A stretch of DNA of 63,342 nucleotides, counting the filler, from Reticulomyxa filosa (taxonomy: Eukaryota > Protista > Foraminifera), in assembly GCA_000512085.1 (NCBI GenBank). It is 12 parts of 12 records of this genome, joined end to end, with 100 filler letters (N's around TTAATTAATTAA, not from the genome) between each part and the next. Parts side by side here need not be neighbours in the genome. Positions count along the whole stretch, not along the records: positions 7,120 to 17,502 come from ASPP01025666.1; positions 17,603 to 21,854 come from ASPP01036058.1; positions 21,955 to 34,546 come from ASPP01008222.1; 9 more parts are not named here. The stretch is one strand, 5' to 3'. The notes under the pieces were generated by a model. The model made no database searches. It was not told where the DNA came from and saw only the letters and a list, made by a program, of their open reading frames with translations. The translations under genes and the position numbers were made by a program. Positions 11,714-24,959 of this stretch are shown in pieces; positions within the stretch are counted from its first letter, which is position 1, and each line of letters opens with the position of its first letter.

Positions 11714-14700
11714 ATGGAAGTGTCAAGTAAGTAAAAAAGAATATACAAAAATAAAAGTTGTAACATTTGTTTTTTTTCTGGACAAAAGAAAAATTGGTCG
11801 ACGACGCGAACTCTGAGATTACTGATTATATTCCTAGAAGCGATTTCACAACTCCAAATGACGAGATAAGCAAACAAAAAGAGATTGACACTTATGATAT
11901 TCTTAGAAGTGACACAGATTCAGAGAGCGGGATAAGCAAGCAAAAAAAGATTAACGCTCGTCATATTCTTCCAGATAAAAAGAATGCCGAAAATGAAGTG
12001 TCACAAGTTCGGGTAGCCTTCTTTTAGCTTTTTTTTTTTCCTTCAAAAAAAGTTAAAAATCAATAATGACGAACATTCTAAAAAAAAAGACCGAATTCCC
12101 GCCTCACCAGCCTGATGCAACCCGTATTATTCTCTGCGATCTTCAATCAGTTTATAAAACCCCCCTAAACAAATTTGTTTAGAGCAAAAAACCAAAACTT
12201 AGCGTGTATGATATTTGATGTGTGATATACTAAACAAGCGACGAATATGCATCGATGCATGTCGGTACGCATCGCAAAAAAATGGAGTATCGTTTATGAA
12301 GATTTTGCAAAAAAAATATAAGCGCATCAAATGGGATGAACCGTTTGAATTTAAAACTTATAATGTATGAAACGTGGGAAGAATTTTTGAAAAAACATAG
12401 ATTTAGATATACATGTATTTGTGTGTGAAATGTAAAAAGGACACGCTATTGGCGCATTTGGTATGCCCGTTGACAGGGAATAACGTAAAATGTGCAAAAT
12501 ACTTGTTGGAAGCAGGATTTATGGACCTAAAAAAGTATCAAGAAGTATTTGATGGCGCATTACAAACAGCAATTTCATTTCAAAACACTCCAGGAATTAA
12601 GATACTACTAGCAGAAAAGTTTTCAAGCAAGGAAAAGAAAGTGATGCGTGATTATGCAATGAAGCAAATGGTGGAAAAAAGTAAGTGTAAACAATTATAT
12701 ACGGAATTGAAGAGGCAGGCTAAACTAATTGAAAAGACGAAATCCGATCAGACTAAACCCGGCCAAACCGTATTGAGTCTAATTATGGAAGTGCTGACCA
12801 AAACCATGATTGCAATGATCAATAAAGGCAAGATCCTAAGCAATGACGTGTTCAATCTGTGTTGGCTTCACAACAAAAATAAAATGGAAGATGCCATGCT
12901 TCAAAAGTGCGAAGAGTTGTTAAACGTTGAAAAGTTGTATAATAACATAAACGATCAAAAATGGTTGGAAGAGTGCGTCATGGACAATCGAAATTTATTG
13001 CTTTGGATGAATGAAGTGAAAGGATCTGAGCACGAGAATAAAGAAGAAAATATAATCACTAATAACAAAGATCAAAATGAAACGTTTGAAAAACGCTTGA
13101 AGTGGCACGATCTCCAAACGAAATGCATTAAGGAAATCGAAAAAGCAGAGAAAAAACTTAAGAAAGCACTTGAAAAAGAGATTACATCGAGTAAAGAATC
13201 TCTGGACAATTACGAGAAACTGACTCAGTTCAATATTAGATCGTGTGTGCAATCTCTGGACAACAGCAAAGAACCGATTCAGTTCGAATCATTAACAAAA
13301 GAATGTCGCCAAGACAACGATCTCGATGGTGTAAAAAGCATATTCAACGAACAAGAGTTATTGAAAATGCAAATCAACAGCGTGGACATGGCTTTTAATT
13401 TTAAATATATCTACGACTTTGAAGTGTATTTGAACGATTTATTGGCCAGGGCTCACATTATGAACGACCACTTCCAAACTGAAATGGAAAACATTTTTCG
13501 GAGTTGTGAAGGATGCAAATTCAAGCCAGGCCCAATTAAGACGCACAACCAATGCAAATTGAAAGCACAAATAGAATACAAAGATAAAAATTTTCCCAAA
13601 TCAGCTCACATTATTGATGTATTACGATGTCAGGCCACATTCCCCAATATCGAACGTTTAGTGCAAGGATTGGAAAACTTCACTTCTTTGATCCGTTCTC
13701 CACAATATCGTAAGAAGTTCAAAGTGGTACGCGTAACGAATGGCTTTGAGGACGCACAACAAGGGAAAAGTGATAACGACAATGACAAAAACAAAGAGAA
13801 CAAAATGACATCACTCAATATTCCTCAAAAGTACAAAGACGTGACAATAAATCTTTTATTTAAAAAAGATGAAAAGAGTATTGTTGGTGAAGTGCAATTT
13901 CTTTTAAAAAATATGTCAGATATGAAGCATAAATTGCATCCTTTTTATAAGATATCGAGACAAGAATCGTTTTTACAGGATTCTTTCAAGATCATGAATA
14001 AGTTGTCATTCGACAAGCAATTGCAAATTGCTTCGTTCAATCGCAGGGACATGGCCAATCTTATGTTTTATTTTCCCAACGAGTTCCGCCGTGCGTCGCT
14101 TATTCAGTTGACCGGTCCTAATGGTGAAAATTTCATATCACAGATGGCCAACAATTCCAACGTCACCTATGATTATGCCAATGTGCTCCTTCGCAGCGGT
14201 GACTTTTTTTCTGGTGAGTTTGTTCAATCTCAACTTATCACAGCGGATGCGAAGGGTACATACGCCTTAATGCATGCCCTATCCAAACAAAGGTCTATCG
14301 AATGCATTAAACTCTTCATTCCTTCCCCTTCCAATGAAACGGACAAGTTTGTATGGAATACATTGAACAATGTTAAGAAACGAATTTATAGTATTATGTA
14401 TATGTATGACAAACGAAACGATCGACTGTCTTGTTTTGATATACATTACAGGAGGGATACTCTTGCATCAGTTTTGCTGTCCGAAATACGAATGTTAATG
14501 TCTTGGAGCTTTTGAATTGGATGAAAGAAGAGATCAGTAAAGGCAATTGGCAAAAGTTTATCGAAACCCGAGACACTAATGTATGTATTATACACGTACA
14601 ATATATACATATATGTGTTACGTATATGAATTTGAATATGTAGAAAAATACACAGAATTAGTTTGCTTGAAAAAATAGCAAGGATTGACTCCATTGATGA

Positions 14701-15606
14701 ATGCGCTAATATACCAATCGGAATTGAATGATGATATCATAAAAGCGCTTATCCCAAAAAATTACGAACAGAACCACGAGTTCTGGGAACACAATTGTAA
14801 TGAATATGGAGTTAACACTTTTTTTGAAGATTTCGTTTTGTGCTTCAAATATGATGCATAAATCTATTTCAATAAAAAAAAATAGATTGGAAAAAATATA
14901 CTGCACTTAATGTTCGAAAAGACTTTACCAAATATAGAAGAACGATTGAAGTTAATGAAGAAATATGTGCCTGATGAATCTTGGGAGAATCTTGTTGTCA
15001 CACCTGACGAAGTTGAGCTAAAGAAAAGAAATAAAGCGTAACGTGCTTTTTTTTTATGTTTTAATTTCAATGCATCATTACATAAAGAATAATGCAATTA
15101 CAAAAACATAGTTTGGCCGAACGCCTTTGATGTTCGCGCTATGGAAGTCTCCTGATATGAGTGAAGATATCGTGTCTTTGCTGATAACAAAGAACAATGA
15201 AAACCTGAATTTTTGGAAGATGACGACAAATGTTTGTCTGTTTATAAGATCTCTTCATATTGGTGTGAATGGGTTTTTTTGAATGTATAATGAGAACAGA
15301 GAAAGTGTCATGACTTTGAAGGTCTAAATATGATACATCTGGTTGTGTCGAGCGAAAACATAAATGCACTATGCAACTTGAAGTGCTTGCATGGACAAAT
15401 GCCTCTAACCGTACGGGAGGAGTTGTTGAACCAGGAAAATAAGGTAGTGTATAATGTTGTTTGTGATATAATAACACTTAAAATGTTAATGTCTGCGAAT
15501 GTGTGAAAATTTACAGATGAAGGAAAAACCTTTTGATGTTGCTAGCCGTTTGGAGAGATCTGACATCATCGAATATTTGATAGATCTGACATCACCGAAT
15601 ATTTGA
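11714..15606 (+). CDS. Multi-exon ankyrin-repeat protein with central RelA/SpoT-like nucleotidyltransferase domain (~13440-13960)
   Basis: 700-aa ORF: GPIKxxxxCxxK...IIDVLRC...NGF...YKDVTIN...GEVQF...HPFYKISR; ankyrin-like segments (GNNVKCAKYLLEAG; GTYALMHAL; GKNILHL; GRTPLMFA). Termini approximate. Confidence 0.75.
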
Positions 15607-16814
15607 GACATGAATGTTTTGAAAAAGAATAAATTTTTAAGTAGGTCATACTTATTTTACTGTTTTTCATCAACTTGCAATGTTTTTGTTTTCCTTACTG
15701 CATACTATCACAAAGACAGCACTTTTCCACTGGTTCAGAAGCTTTGCTACTTGCTTTACTGTACAAAGTTATGGCATTTGATATATATTTCAAAATCAGT
15801 ATTCCCAGTTTTTGCATTGAGCTCTGCATTAACTTTTGTTCAATTAGCTATATCTGTATTTGCATTTCTTGTTTGCTCAGATTATGCACAATTTATGTTT
15901 ATTGCCTGCTTTCAAATTTTCCTTCTTATTGTGATGGCAAACTTTACTACACTAGAATACAAGAAAATTTTGAGAAAAAGTTGACAATCGTGCGTGTACC
16001 GTAACCATGAAGTTTTTTTAGATTTTAAAAAATGTTTCACAATAAATGTGTTGCACTAATTTTTTAATAAAAACAAGATTTCGCAATGGAAGCGGATAAC
16101 AAAAATTTGTTGAAAAATTTACTAAAAATTTATTTTTGTTTTTTTTAGGAAAGTTATAATTTAAACGAAAGTTTTTTAAAATTGTTTTTTGACCTTTTTG
16201 TTTTTTTGTCATTGCGCCAATTTTTCGGCTTGCAATTTAAAAACTACTTATTTTTTGCACAATCTATCTTTGCACAAGCGCTACGCAATAATACACGAGA
16301 TAAATATTGCTTAAAAATAATTCAAGCAAGTGTAGTGTAGGGTTCTAACAGTGTAAAGGGAAGTTCCTGCGTAACCTAGGAAACCCCTTTTTTTACAACA
16401 ACTTACTTGCCTTTTTCTTCCAACTTTTTTAATTCTCTTGTTGCTGTTGTTATTGTTGTTGTTGTTTTATATTCTTCTCTTATTTAAACTAGTTTCGTTT
16501 TTGAAAGATTGCTTAAAGACAAGAATTTTCGAAAGGTTTTTTTTCCACAAAAGAACATAAAAAAATAACTTTAATAAAACTGCAAATGCAAAAAGAAAAA
16601 ATTAACAATAAAAAATAAATTTGCACTAAAGCAATCAAACAATAGCAAAAATGGAAAAATTTAAAACTAAAGCAATTCTTTATAAAACAAAAGGATTTAA
16701 ATTTTTCAGACAATTATGAAAGATATTAAAAACTAAAACCACAATTCGTGGATATTTTTTAATATGAAAAAAAAATTAAGGTGCCGTTTTATGTGTTAAC
16801 TTTCTTTTGCATCT

Positions 16815-17040
16815 TGTAGGGCAAGCCCCTATTACACATAGCTGAACTCTTATGGACTGAGGAGCTCCCGCTGGGTTAAACTTCTCCACCAACTTTTCTT
16901 CACTACTTGTTTGTTTTCTTACTTATTGAGTTATTCATTTTGATTATTTAATTTACTTTGTTTTACTGAAACCCACTCTCAATTCGAGTAAACCTTTTCG
17001 TATTACATTTAGTGTAGCTCTCTACATTAGACACCCCACA
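16815..17040 (+). mobile_element. ~220-bp TG...CA element, copy 2
   Basis: TGTAGGGCAAG...GGGTTAAA...TCGTATTACATTTAGTGTA...CCCCACA; no 4-bp TSD. Confidence 0.75.
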
Positions 17041-17093
17041 GTTGTAAACTTTATTTTGCATTCCACTGTATATAATAATTGTATATTTACTAC

Positions 17094-17310
17094 TGTTGGA
17101 CGTCTGCTGATAGTATTTGTGCACTAACTGTAATACTAGAGGTGTTTACTTACAAGAGGATCGGAGTTTCGTAAAACTAAAGTAATTTAAATAATAAAAC
17201 AAGATAACAAAGAAAAGTAAAGAAAAGTAAGAAGTAGGTTGTTGAGGAAGTTTAACCTACTGTGGGTTCCTCCGTTCCCTTGACGTTCAATACTTATAAT
17301 AGTTATACTT
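17094..17310 (-). mobile_element. ~220-bp TG...CA element, copy 3, one end eroded
   Basis: Reverse complement closely matches copy at 28040-28265 (GAACGTCAAGGGAACGGAGGAA; CTATCAGCAGACGTCC). Confidence 0.75.
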
Positions 17311-18911
17311 TTTTTTGCTGTCGATTGTACATGCCATAATAAAAAAAATAAAAAAATGTAACTGTACCAATATGATGTTATGCAATTTATATTTTTAATT
17401 TTATGGCTCAGATCGAAATGCACTAGCATTAGTGTTTAGTTAAATCAATTTCTGTTCTGAAGTGTAATTTAATGTACCATTTCATCCGGATTTATTATAC
17501 ATNNNNNNNNNNNNNNNNNNNNNNNNNNNNNNNNNNNNNNNNNNNNTTAATTAATTAANNNNNNNNNNNNNNNNNNNNNNNNNNNNNNNNNNNNNNNNNN
17601 NNAATATCTTGCAACAAAAAAATGAGTTAGTGACGAAATTCAAAATAGAATGTGAATAAAAGTAAAGTTTTTGATTTCTGCAATGGACTAAACAATTTCT
17701 AGCTTAAAAAAAGTGCCTTTGGTGTAGATGCGACTTTAACAGCTGCTCGTTTCAAAAAAAAACTTTCAAAGAAATACAAAAAAAAAAAAAGGAACGAATT
17801 ACTGAAAAAAAAAGAAAAAGGTCTAAACACGCTCAAACAGAAAAACAGGCAAAAAAAACATTTGAGAGCAGTTCACATTGTAGTATAAAAGACTCTCCTT
17901 GTCAGTTATCTCGGTTTACTTATTGAATGATAATTTCGCTTTCACCATTCGTTTTTTGGTAAATAGATCATTCTTCTTGAAGATCTTGCAAATAATGGCA
18001 AATGTTTATACTTAGTTTTTGTTCTACAAAATTTTTCGAAGACTAAACTGTCTTGATTAGATTGTAACAATCGAAATTTAATATGAAATTTAAAATGTAA
18101 AGAACGTTTAGTTTGAAAAGTTCCAAAAAACATTTTTAAATTGTTGTTTATGCCAAAGCGGTTGCACCACAAAATTAAACGAACGCACAAACTAACAAAA
18201 AAACCCTAGAAAACAGCATATATTTAAATCTGGAACAAACAAAAATGCACTAAAAAATTTACTGTTTTTGTCTAACGAGACTTCCGTGCGCCCCCTTTTG
18301 GTGTGTTTTAGTTTTGTTTTTAGTTTTTGCTCCGTTGTACCATTTCATTGTGCTTTCTTCCTTTTTTTTGTTTCCATTTGCTTTGAACCTTGACAAAAGT
18401 TATTTCTCGTTTGCATTGAGAAATTTTTTGTGAAAAAAGAAAACCTTTCAATGAATACAACACTTTTGTTGCTATTTAGCGTTGCAATAAGTTAACTGCA
18501 AGAACTTTGTGTTTTTTTGTTTTTGTATGCACTTTTTTTTGGAAAGACAACAGTGTTGCGAAAAAAACATAGTTTTCTTTCAAATAAAAATTAGTTGTTT
18601 TTTTTGTTTAAAAAAAGGTTCTGCACAGAAACTTATAGTAACACCTGGAATGACAATATCAGGCACCTGTTCACAATTGATCCCGATGGTGACAACTGGT
18701 GGGTAGACAGGTACAAACAATTATCATTTTACGTTTGTGAATCGAAGAGTTGTTGAAAGAAGATTCGACAAAGTTAATGAACGTGTTCATTTCATGTCCT
18801 AAAAAAATTGCAAGCAAAATGGGTAAAAAAAAACGTATAATGAAAAAAAAAAAGGGAAATTTTTTTTTTTTTTGATCATAGGAAGCGTATTGATTTTTCA
18901 AATCAAACAAC

Positions 18912-19958
18912 ATGGACTTGCAACTGCATCACACATTTAACTGCAACATGGAATTGGTTGTGGTTTCGCAGGCGACAGTATACAGCTACATTACCGGACA
19001 GTTGATCAATTTGGGCAGTGCAAAAGTTTCTTATGTTCATGCTGCCGATTCAGAAAATGGACAAATCCAAGTGGAAAAAGATGGGTGCCATGCAATCACA
19101 CAACCGCTTTATCGTCAACAAAGCCATCAACCTGTCCTCCAACTTCATTTACTTCGACTGCGGCGCCAACTATCAAAACATTACTGATTCTCAACTTTAT
19201 GGGGACTCCTTGCCAAATGAGCAACACGGACTTGTTTGTGATTATGGGTGCGTCCAAGTCAATTTCGGATGACAGTTTTCAACGAGAGAAAATATGGGTG
19301 CAGCAATTGTTTGCGAGAATTAAAAGAACGTACGATCGAATGAATGCATCAACGTACAGTCCAGCAAATGCTCCAACACAATCACCAATTTACTCGCCAA
19401 CATGCAGTCCGACTTATGGCCCAACTTACACTCCAACGGGTGACCGACCTACAGCATAACCTATGGTTCGACTGAAAGTCCAACAAACAGCCCAACACCA
19501 AATCCAATAAATGCATCAACTTACGGCCCGACAAACACTCCTACTTATAGCCCAACAAATGCGCCAACATAGAGTCCAACAGCCAATCCAACATATAACC
19601 CGACGAATGCACCCACTTTCAGTTCAACGAACGCACATACTTCAGTCCGACATACAGTCAACGTAAAGTCAACACCAAGCCCAATCAATGTCCTATTTAC
19701 AGTCCAATTCCAACAAACGCTCCTACACAGTCCGACGTATTCACCGCATTGAACCCGACTTATAGTCCCACTTACAGTTCGACAAGCGCACAACGGACAG
19801 TCCAACAAATGAACCCACATTCAGTCAAAGTATTCACAACATATAGTTCTACATATAGCCCAACGGAAAGTCCAACGTATTCCCCCATGCCAAATCCAAC
19901 AAATGCCACGACTTACAGTCCAACTCCAAGCTCATCGTCAAGCGATGATTTCAAATGA
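18912..19958 (+). pseudogene. Disrupted surface/secreted-type gene with vWA fragment and Pro/Thr (PTxxPT) repeats
   Basis: TDLFVIMGASKSI resembles the start of a vWA domain; long TYSPT/TNAPT repeats at ~19350-19930 broken by stops and frameshifts. Confidence 0.55.
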
Positions 19959-20329
19959 GACAATCTTGAACCTTATATTTGGAGAGCATGTGTGAAGATA
20001 CTTTGGCTCAGTTGACCACACTGAAGGGTCGATTGAATATGTATCGTCATGTATGATGATACTTATGACACTTACGATTGTCTGGCGAGTGAACACAAGC
20101 AGCGATTTGACTAACCAACAGTGCAACTATAACAATTCACATGCTTCATTGACTGATGTTACCATTTGTCTCGGATGTGATTGCGAACCTCAGTCAAACA
20201 CATAATGCTGTCAACTACTCAAGATACAACATATATTGCTGTTGTGCATTCCAATTACTGGTATTTTGAAAATTTGAATGTTAGACTGGTGAGTACAAAC
20301 TCTTGACAATTGTGCTGAAAGATGAAAAA

Positions 20330-21854
20330 AACAGTTGATGCAACATTTGGCGGAGGTTTCAGATGCATCAACTTTGACAACACAAGGCGTTGTTACCGTT
20401 CCTAATCCTGGCAGTGACCGATGTATCTTTGGAGAATGCCAATTTGTGGCAGCGCTTGCGACCGTATGTTGGCGTGAGGAGGGCATTTTTGTCGCATTTT
20501 GACATGTGGAGTGCACAAAGCAAAGACGTATTGTCCTGGGGGAAAAACCAGCAATTGGCACTGTTTCCAGGTGTCAGTGTCGTGAGATCTGCAACAAGCC
20601 ATTGCAATGCGGCCGTCATAACTGTCTTTGTCACAGCGGGCCTTGCCAGTCGTGTGGATTTACCCTCCGAGATGGTTTGTCATGTGCTTGTGGCAATCGC
20701 ACATTCACGGCCCGATCCTTTGTAGAACCGTGGCGCTGCATCAGTACAAAAATATTTGTAACAAAGTGTTGGAATGTGGCAATCGATGCAGTGAATATTG
20801 TCACTTTGGTATGTTTTTTTTTTTAAATTTATCAAAAATTAAAAAAACTAATTCAAAGCATTGAATATACAGTGGGGGGAGTGGGGATGCAAATAAGGTT
20901 CTTGCAACAAATGTACGGAACCTGTATCGATCACTTGTAAAAAGCACAACATTTAGTGCACAATATCCACTGTTGGACGAAAACAATGTCTTGTGGAAAT
21001 ACGTGCGAACAATTGCTGCATTGCAATGTCCACATGTGCCAACGCTCATGTCACTCGGACAACTGTCAACAACTTGGAGGCATACACAATGGACAGTGAA
21101 GGCTGCAGTAGCAGATGTGGCCTGCCGCTGCCTTGTGGCCACAAATGTGCCCAAAAATGCCATCCAACAAAAAGCATGCAATGCTTCCTTGTGACAAGGG
21201 CATGTTCGTATCATGTGCGTGTGCGGAGGGCGCGAAGACACACAGTACTGTGGCGGACGCAGGCCGGCCGATATTCGCGCCATTGCCTGCGGAGATATTT
21301 GCAAAATTGCTGAACGAAACGACTCCATTCGACATCAAGGCAAATCCTAAGCAAGCTGAAGAAAAAAATCGAGTGCCAGTTTTGTATTGTCAATTGATGA
21401 TATTTATGTGTTGATAAGAATGGTTTGATTGGTTCTAATTTGATGGCAAACATATGTATGTGTGTATATATGCTAATATAATAATAATGATAAAATTTAT
21501 ATGATACAAAAAAGGTCGTGTTCCATATCTAATTAAATTCCTTAATCGTTGTCTTCGCCAGATGAGTGAAGATGAATCTTCGACATTTTCCACTTCAAAA
21601 GGACAGCTGCGACATCCTCGTTTTGTGTTGCGCGTGGAAAAAATTCTGGCTAGTTTCTTGGAGGACAACAAGGAGAGAATGAAGGCGTTTGAGTCGTTGC
21701 ATTCCGACTGTAATGTACTGGATTCAACTAGCATTTACTTACACAAACTATCACGAGACGAGAGAGAGCAATTGTACTTACACTACAACATTCGCGGCGA
21801 AACTGATCAGGGTCGAGAAGACAAAAACTCCAATTATGTCCACGTTATTGTCAC
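20330..21854 (+). pseudogene. NF-X1-type zinc-finger protein with R3H-like C-terminal region; frameshifted, truncated by contig end
   Basis: CNKPLQCGRHNCLCHSGPC, CNKVLECGNRCSEYCH, CGLPLPCGHKCAQKCHP; FVLRVEKILASFL...LSRDEREQL resembles the NFX1 R3H region. Confidence 0.7.
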
Positions 21855-23598
21855 NNNNNNNNNNNNNNNNNNNNNNNNNNNNNNNNNNNNNNNNNNNNTT
21901 AATTAATTAANNNNNNNNNNNNNNNNNNNNNNNNNNNNNNNNNNNNNNNNNNNNGAGTTCCAATTAAGGCGTTTGATGGCTTTGACAACGCCTTTTTTTT
22001 TTTGAATGGGAAAAAAAGTGGAAGCGAAATATCGCACGGTGCAAAAAAACAAATTTTGGCTGTGCAAAAAGCGAAATAACTAGGAAAAGGTATGAAGACG
22101 TTCTCCAAACACATAACAAAACGAGTTTTTCAAGGGGTTCTCAATGACGAAACACAAAACCAAGGCATTTCTAGTGCTGAAGCACAAGCAATGTTGAAAA
22201 AGTTTTTTTAAATTCTGAGAAAAAAGACATCTGCTTTTTTATCAAACGACGTTTTGGATTACAAATTTTAAGTTTTTTGTTGTGATGTGTTATTATAGTT
22301 CAACATTTGAATAAGATGACGTGGCAAATGAAACTGACTTGCCCTAAAATGTTAAGTAACGCAAAACTTAGCTTTTGCTTAGGATGAATTTTTCAATAAG
22401 ATGGAATTTCTCCATTTGCTTAACATTAAATACACTCATTCAAATTCTGACCTTTGTGCAGCCTGCAATTTTTTATTAAAAAAATAAAACATCGAAGAAA
22501 AAAGTTTTTATGTTTTGAACAGGCCACTACAAAGAACAATAAACGAACTGAATTTGAAAAGGGCGAGCAATCCAGTTGTTGTACGGATTTTGTTGACTGT
22601 TTTAGCAAAGGATTCTTTGTCCTAAATTAATTTAAAATATTTCAAAAATTAGCATTTTATCCTAATAATTTTGAAAAATCTTTTTTTGAAAAAATTTGTG
22701 TATATTTAAAAAATTTTTGTGTCCGATTCTGAACAGCCGTAATTTGGGCATAACACGGCTTATGTTTTTTTCTACATACAAAAAGTGGCTGACATGTTAT
22801 TGGTACACGAAACTACATCACTATTTTTGTTTTTCTATTCTTGTGAATATGTTTTAGAGCAAAATAGTTAGTAAAAAAAAAGGAATCCAAAACAAAGTGA
22901 TTAAATAATTTTTGGTTCTTTAAAAGTTTGCAATGTATTTAAAAATTGATTTTACATTTTTGGAAAGATAGACAATCTAAGGTGATATTTTAGATGTCCA
23001 GCTTTTCTGCAATAGTGTGTAGTGCTTATGATGTCGTAATAAGTAGTTCTCGCACCAATTGAACTTTGGAACCTTTATTCTAACAACATAATACTCACTT
23101 TCGCGACTTGTCTTTCCTCTTTCACTTGTTGAATCTTGTTGTTTGTTTTCTCTTTTATTTAATAATAGTTAATTTATTTCTTACAAATAGTCGATTTTTC
23201 GTCAACGCAATTATTTCCTTTCATTCTGTCAAATATTCTTTATACTCCTTTTGGAATAAATATTTCTTTTGGTAAATGCTATTTTACGTCAAAATCATCA
23301 ATCGATCTAATTTGGCATTTGAAATTAAAGCCAATTTTCAAGTATATTTATGCCAGCGTTTCCGTATGTTATCTATCATCAAATCCTTGGACTTTTTCGT
23401 GAGTGTCATTGGCTCTATGTACAAACAAATTAATTTATTATATAATAAATACAATACTCTATTGGTATGTCCATTAAATGTTTAAGTAATTTTATCTTTA
23501 ACAAAATGAATCAAGAATAAAAATGCTGTTGCCTTTTTTGTATTATTAAATAATTATAATTAACATAATTTACAACAAATTTATCAAAATCATCCTAA

Positions 23599-23819
23599 TG
23601 TAGGGTATGGCCCTATTACGACTTTCTAAGTACTAAGGAAGGATGGAGCCCTCAGTGGGTTAAAATCTTCTTCACAACACAACTCACTTTTGCCTTGTTT
23701 CTTTTTACTATTTCTTAATTTTATTGCAATTGTTGTGTCAATTTATTTCCTTTTTACTGAAATTGATTTTCGGAATAAGTTCCTTTCGTATTACACTTAG
23801 TCCAGCTCACTGTCCCTAA
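23599..23819 (+). mobile_element. ~220-bp TG...CA element, copy 4, with CTAA target-site duplication
   Basis: ctaa|TGTAGGG...GGGTTAAA...TCGTATTACACTTAGT...CCCTAA|ctaa (one base lost from terminal ACA). Confidence 0.8.
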
Positions 23820-24959
23820 CTAATTTGTTGATGTTCTGATTCATTTCAAATTTTTCTTCTTCTGATTAATTCATACAAAAAAGAATGGAAGTCAAAATTT
23901 AAAATGATTATTGTTGAATTTTGTTTCATTCTAAAAAGAATAGACACATTCTTTTCTTTTTTCTTTTGACAGTAGGTTAGAAAAAACTAATTTAACTTTT
24001 TCTTTTCTTAGATCAATCAAAGGGTTTTTAAAGTGCTTCAAAAAAATAAATGAACTAAATGCTATGTTAATAAATGAAATAATATTTCATTTACTTCTTT
24101 CAATTGAATTTTCTCAAACTGTTTCGCCTTGCAATACAGGGAAAAAAGTGATTGTTAAATGTCAAATAATCAATGTGAACGCCTTGATTATAAACGAAAT
24201 AATCAAGCATGAAAGATAATTGTCTGTGATATGTTTTTTTCTTTCGTTAGATGAAAAAAAATGAAAACATAATTATTCAATTGTGTGAAATTTTTGTCAT
24301 ATAATAATAATTGTTATGATATTATTTGTCCTTCACAAAGATAATATTATCCATTTTTAGTAAATAAAAAAGGCATTATTGAATTTCGTCATTCAATAGT
24401 GGTAATCAACTAACAAAACAATTTGTTTATGAAATATTGAAACGTATAAATTAATTTTTTTAATGAACATAAAAGAAGTGTTTGGCATGTGAACAGTATA
24501 TACTTTGATAAAACTATTTGTACATGAGATGTTTTGAACAGCAAAACAATCAATTTTACATGAAGATTTACCGTATGCAATGTAAAATATGGCTAAATGA
24601 ATTAAAATATTCAAAGAAAATAGAGATTATATAGGCCTGTTGAATAATTCGTCATTGAATGTATGTTCTGGATCATTGAACGATACAGTAGTTTGCAAAA
24701 AAAAATAGTACACATATTATGTTACTTTATGAAATAATCGATTTCCACGAAAAACAAACACTATCTTGCCATATTTTTTCACACGTAATTTCTTTCAATT
24801 AAAAATTGTGGTCGATTTCTTTGTCGAAAATAGTGTTGTTTAAATAGAAAATAACAGGAAACGAAAGTGAAGCTGTTCGCCAGTCAAAAAAAGGATGTTT
24901 AAAAAATTTTAAAACGAAAAAGTGACAACATCTTATTGTGAATAACTAAACTTCCAACC

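Noticed and set aside
15557-15608. 26-bp tandem duplication; similar short duplications at 25198-25269 and 43601-43650
   Set aside because: Ordinary local slippage with no spacer structure.
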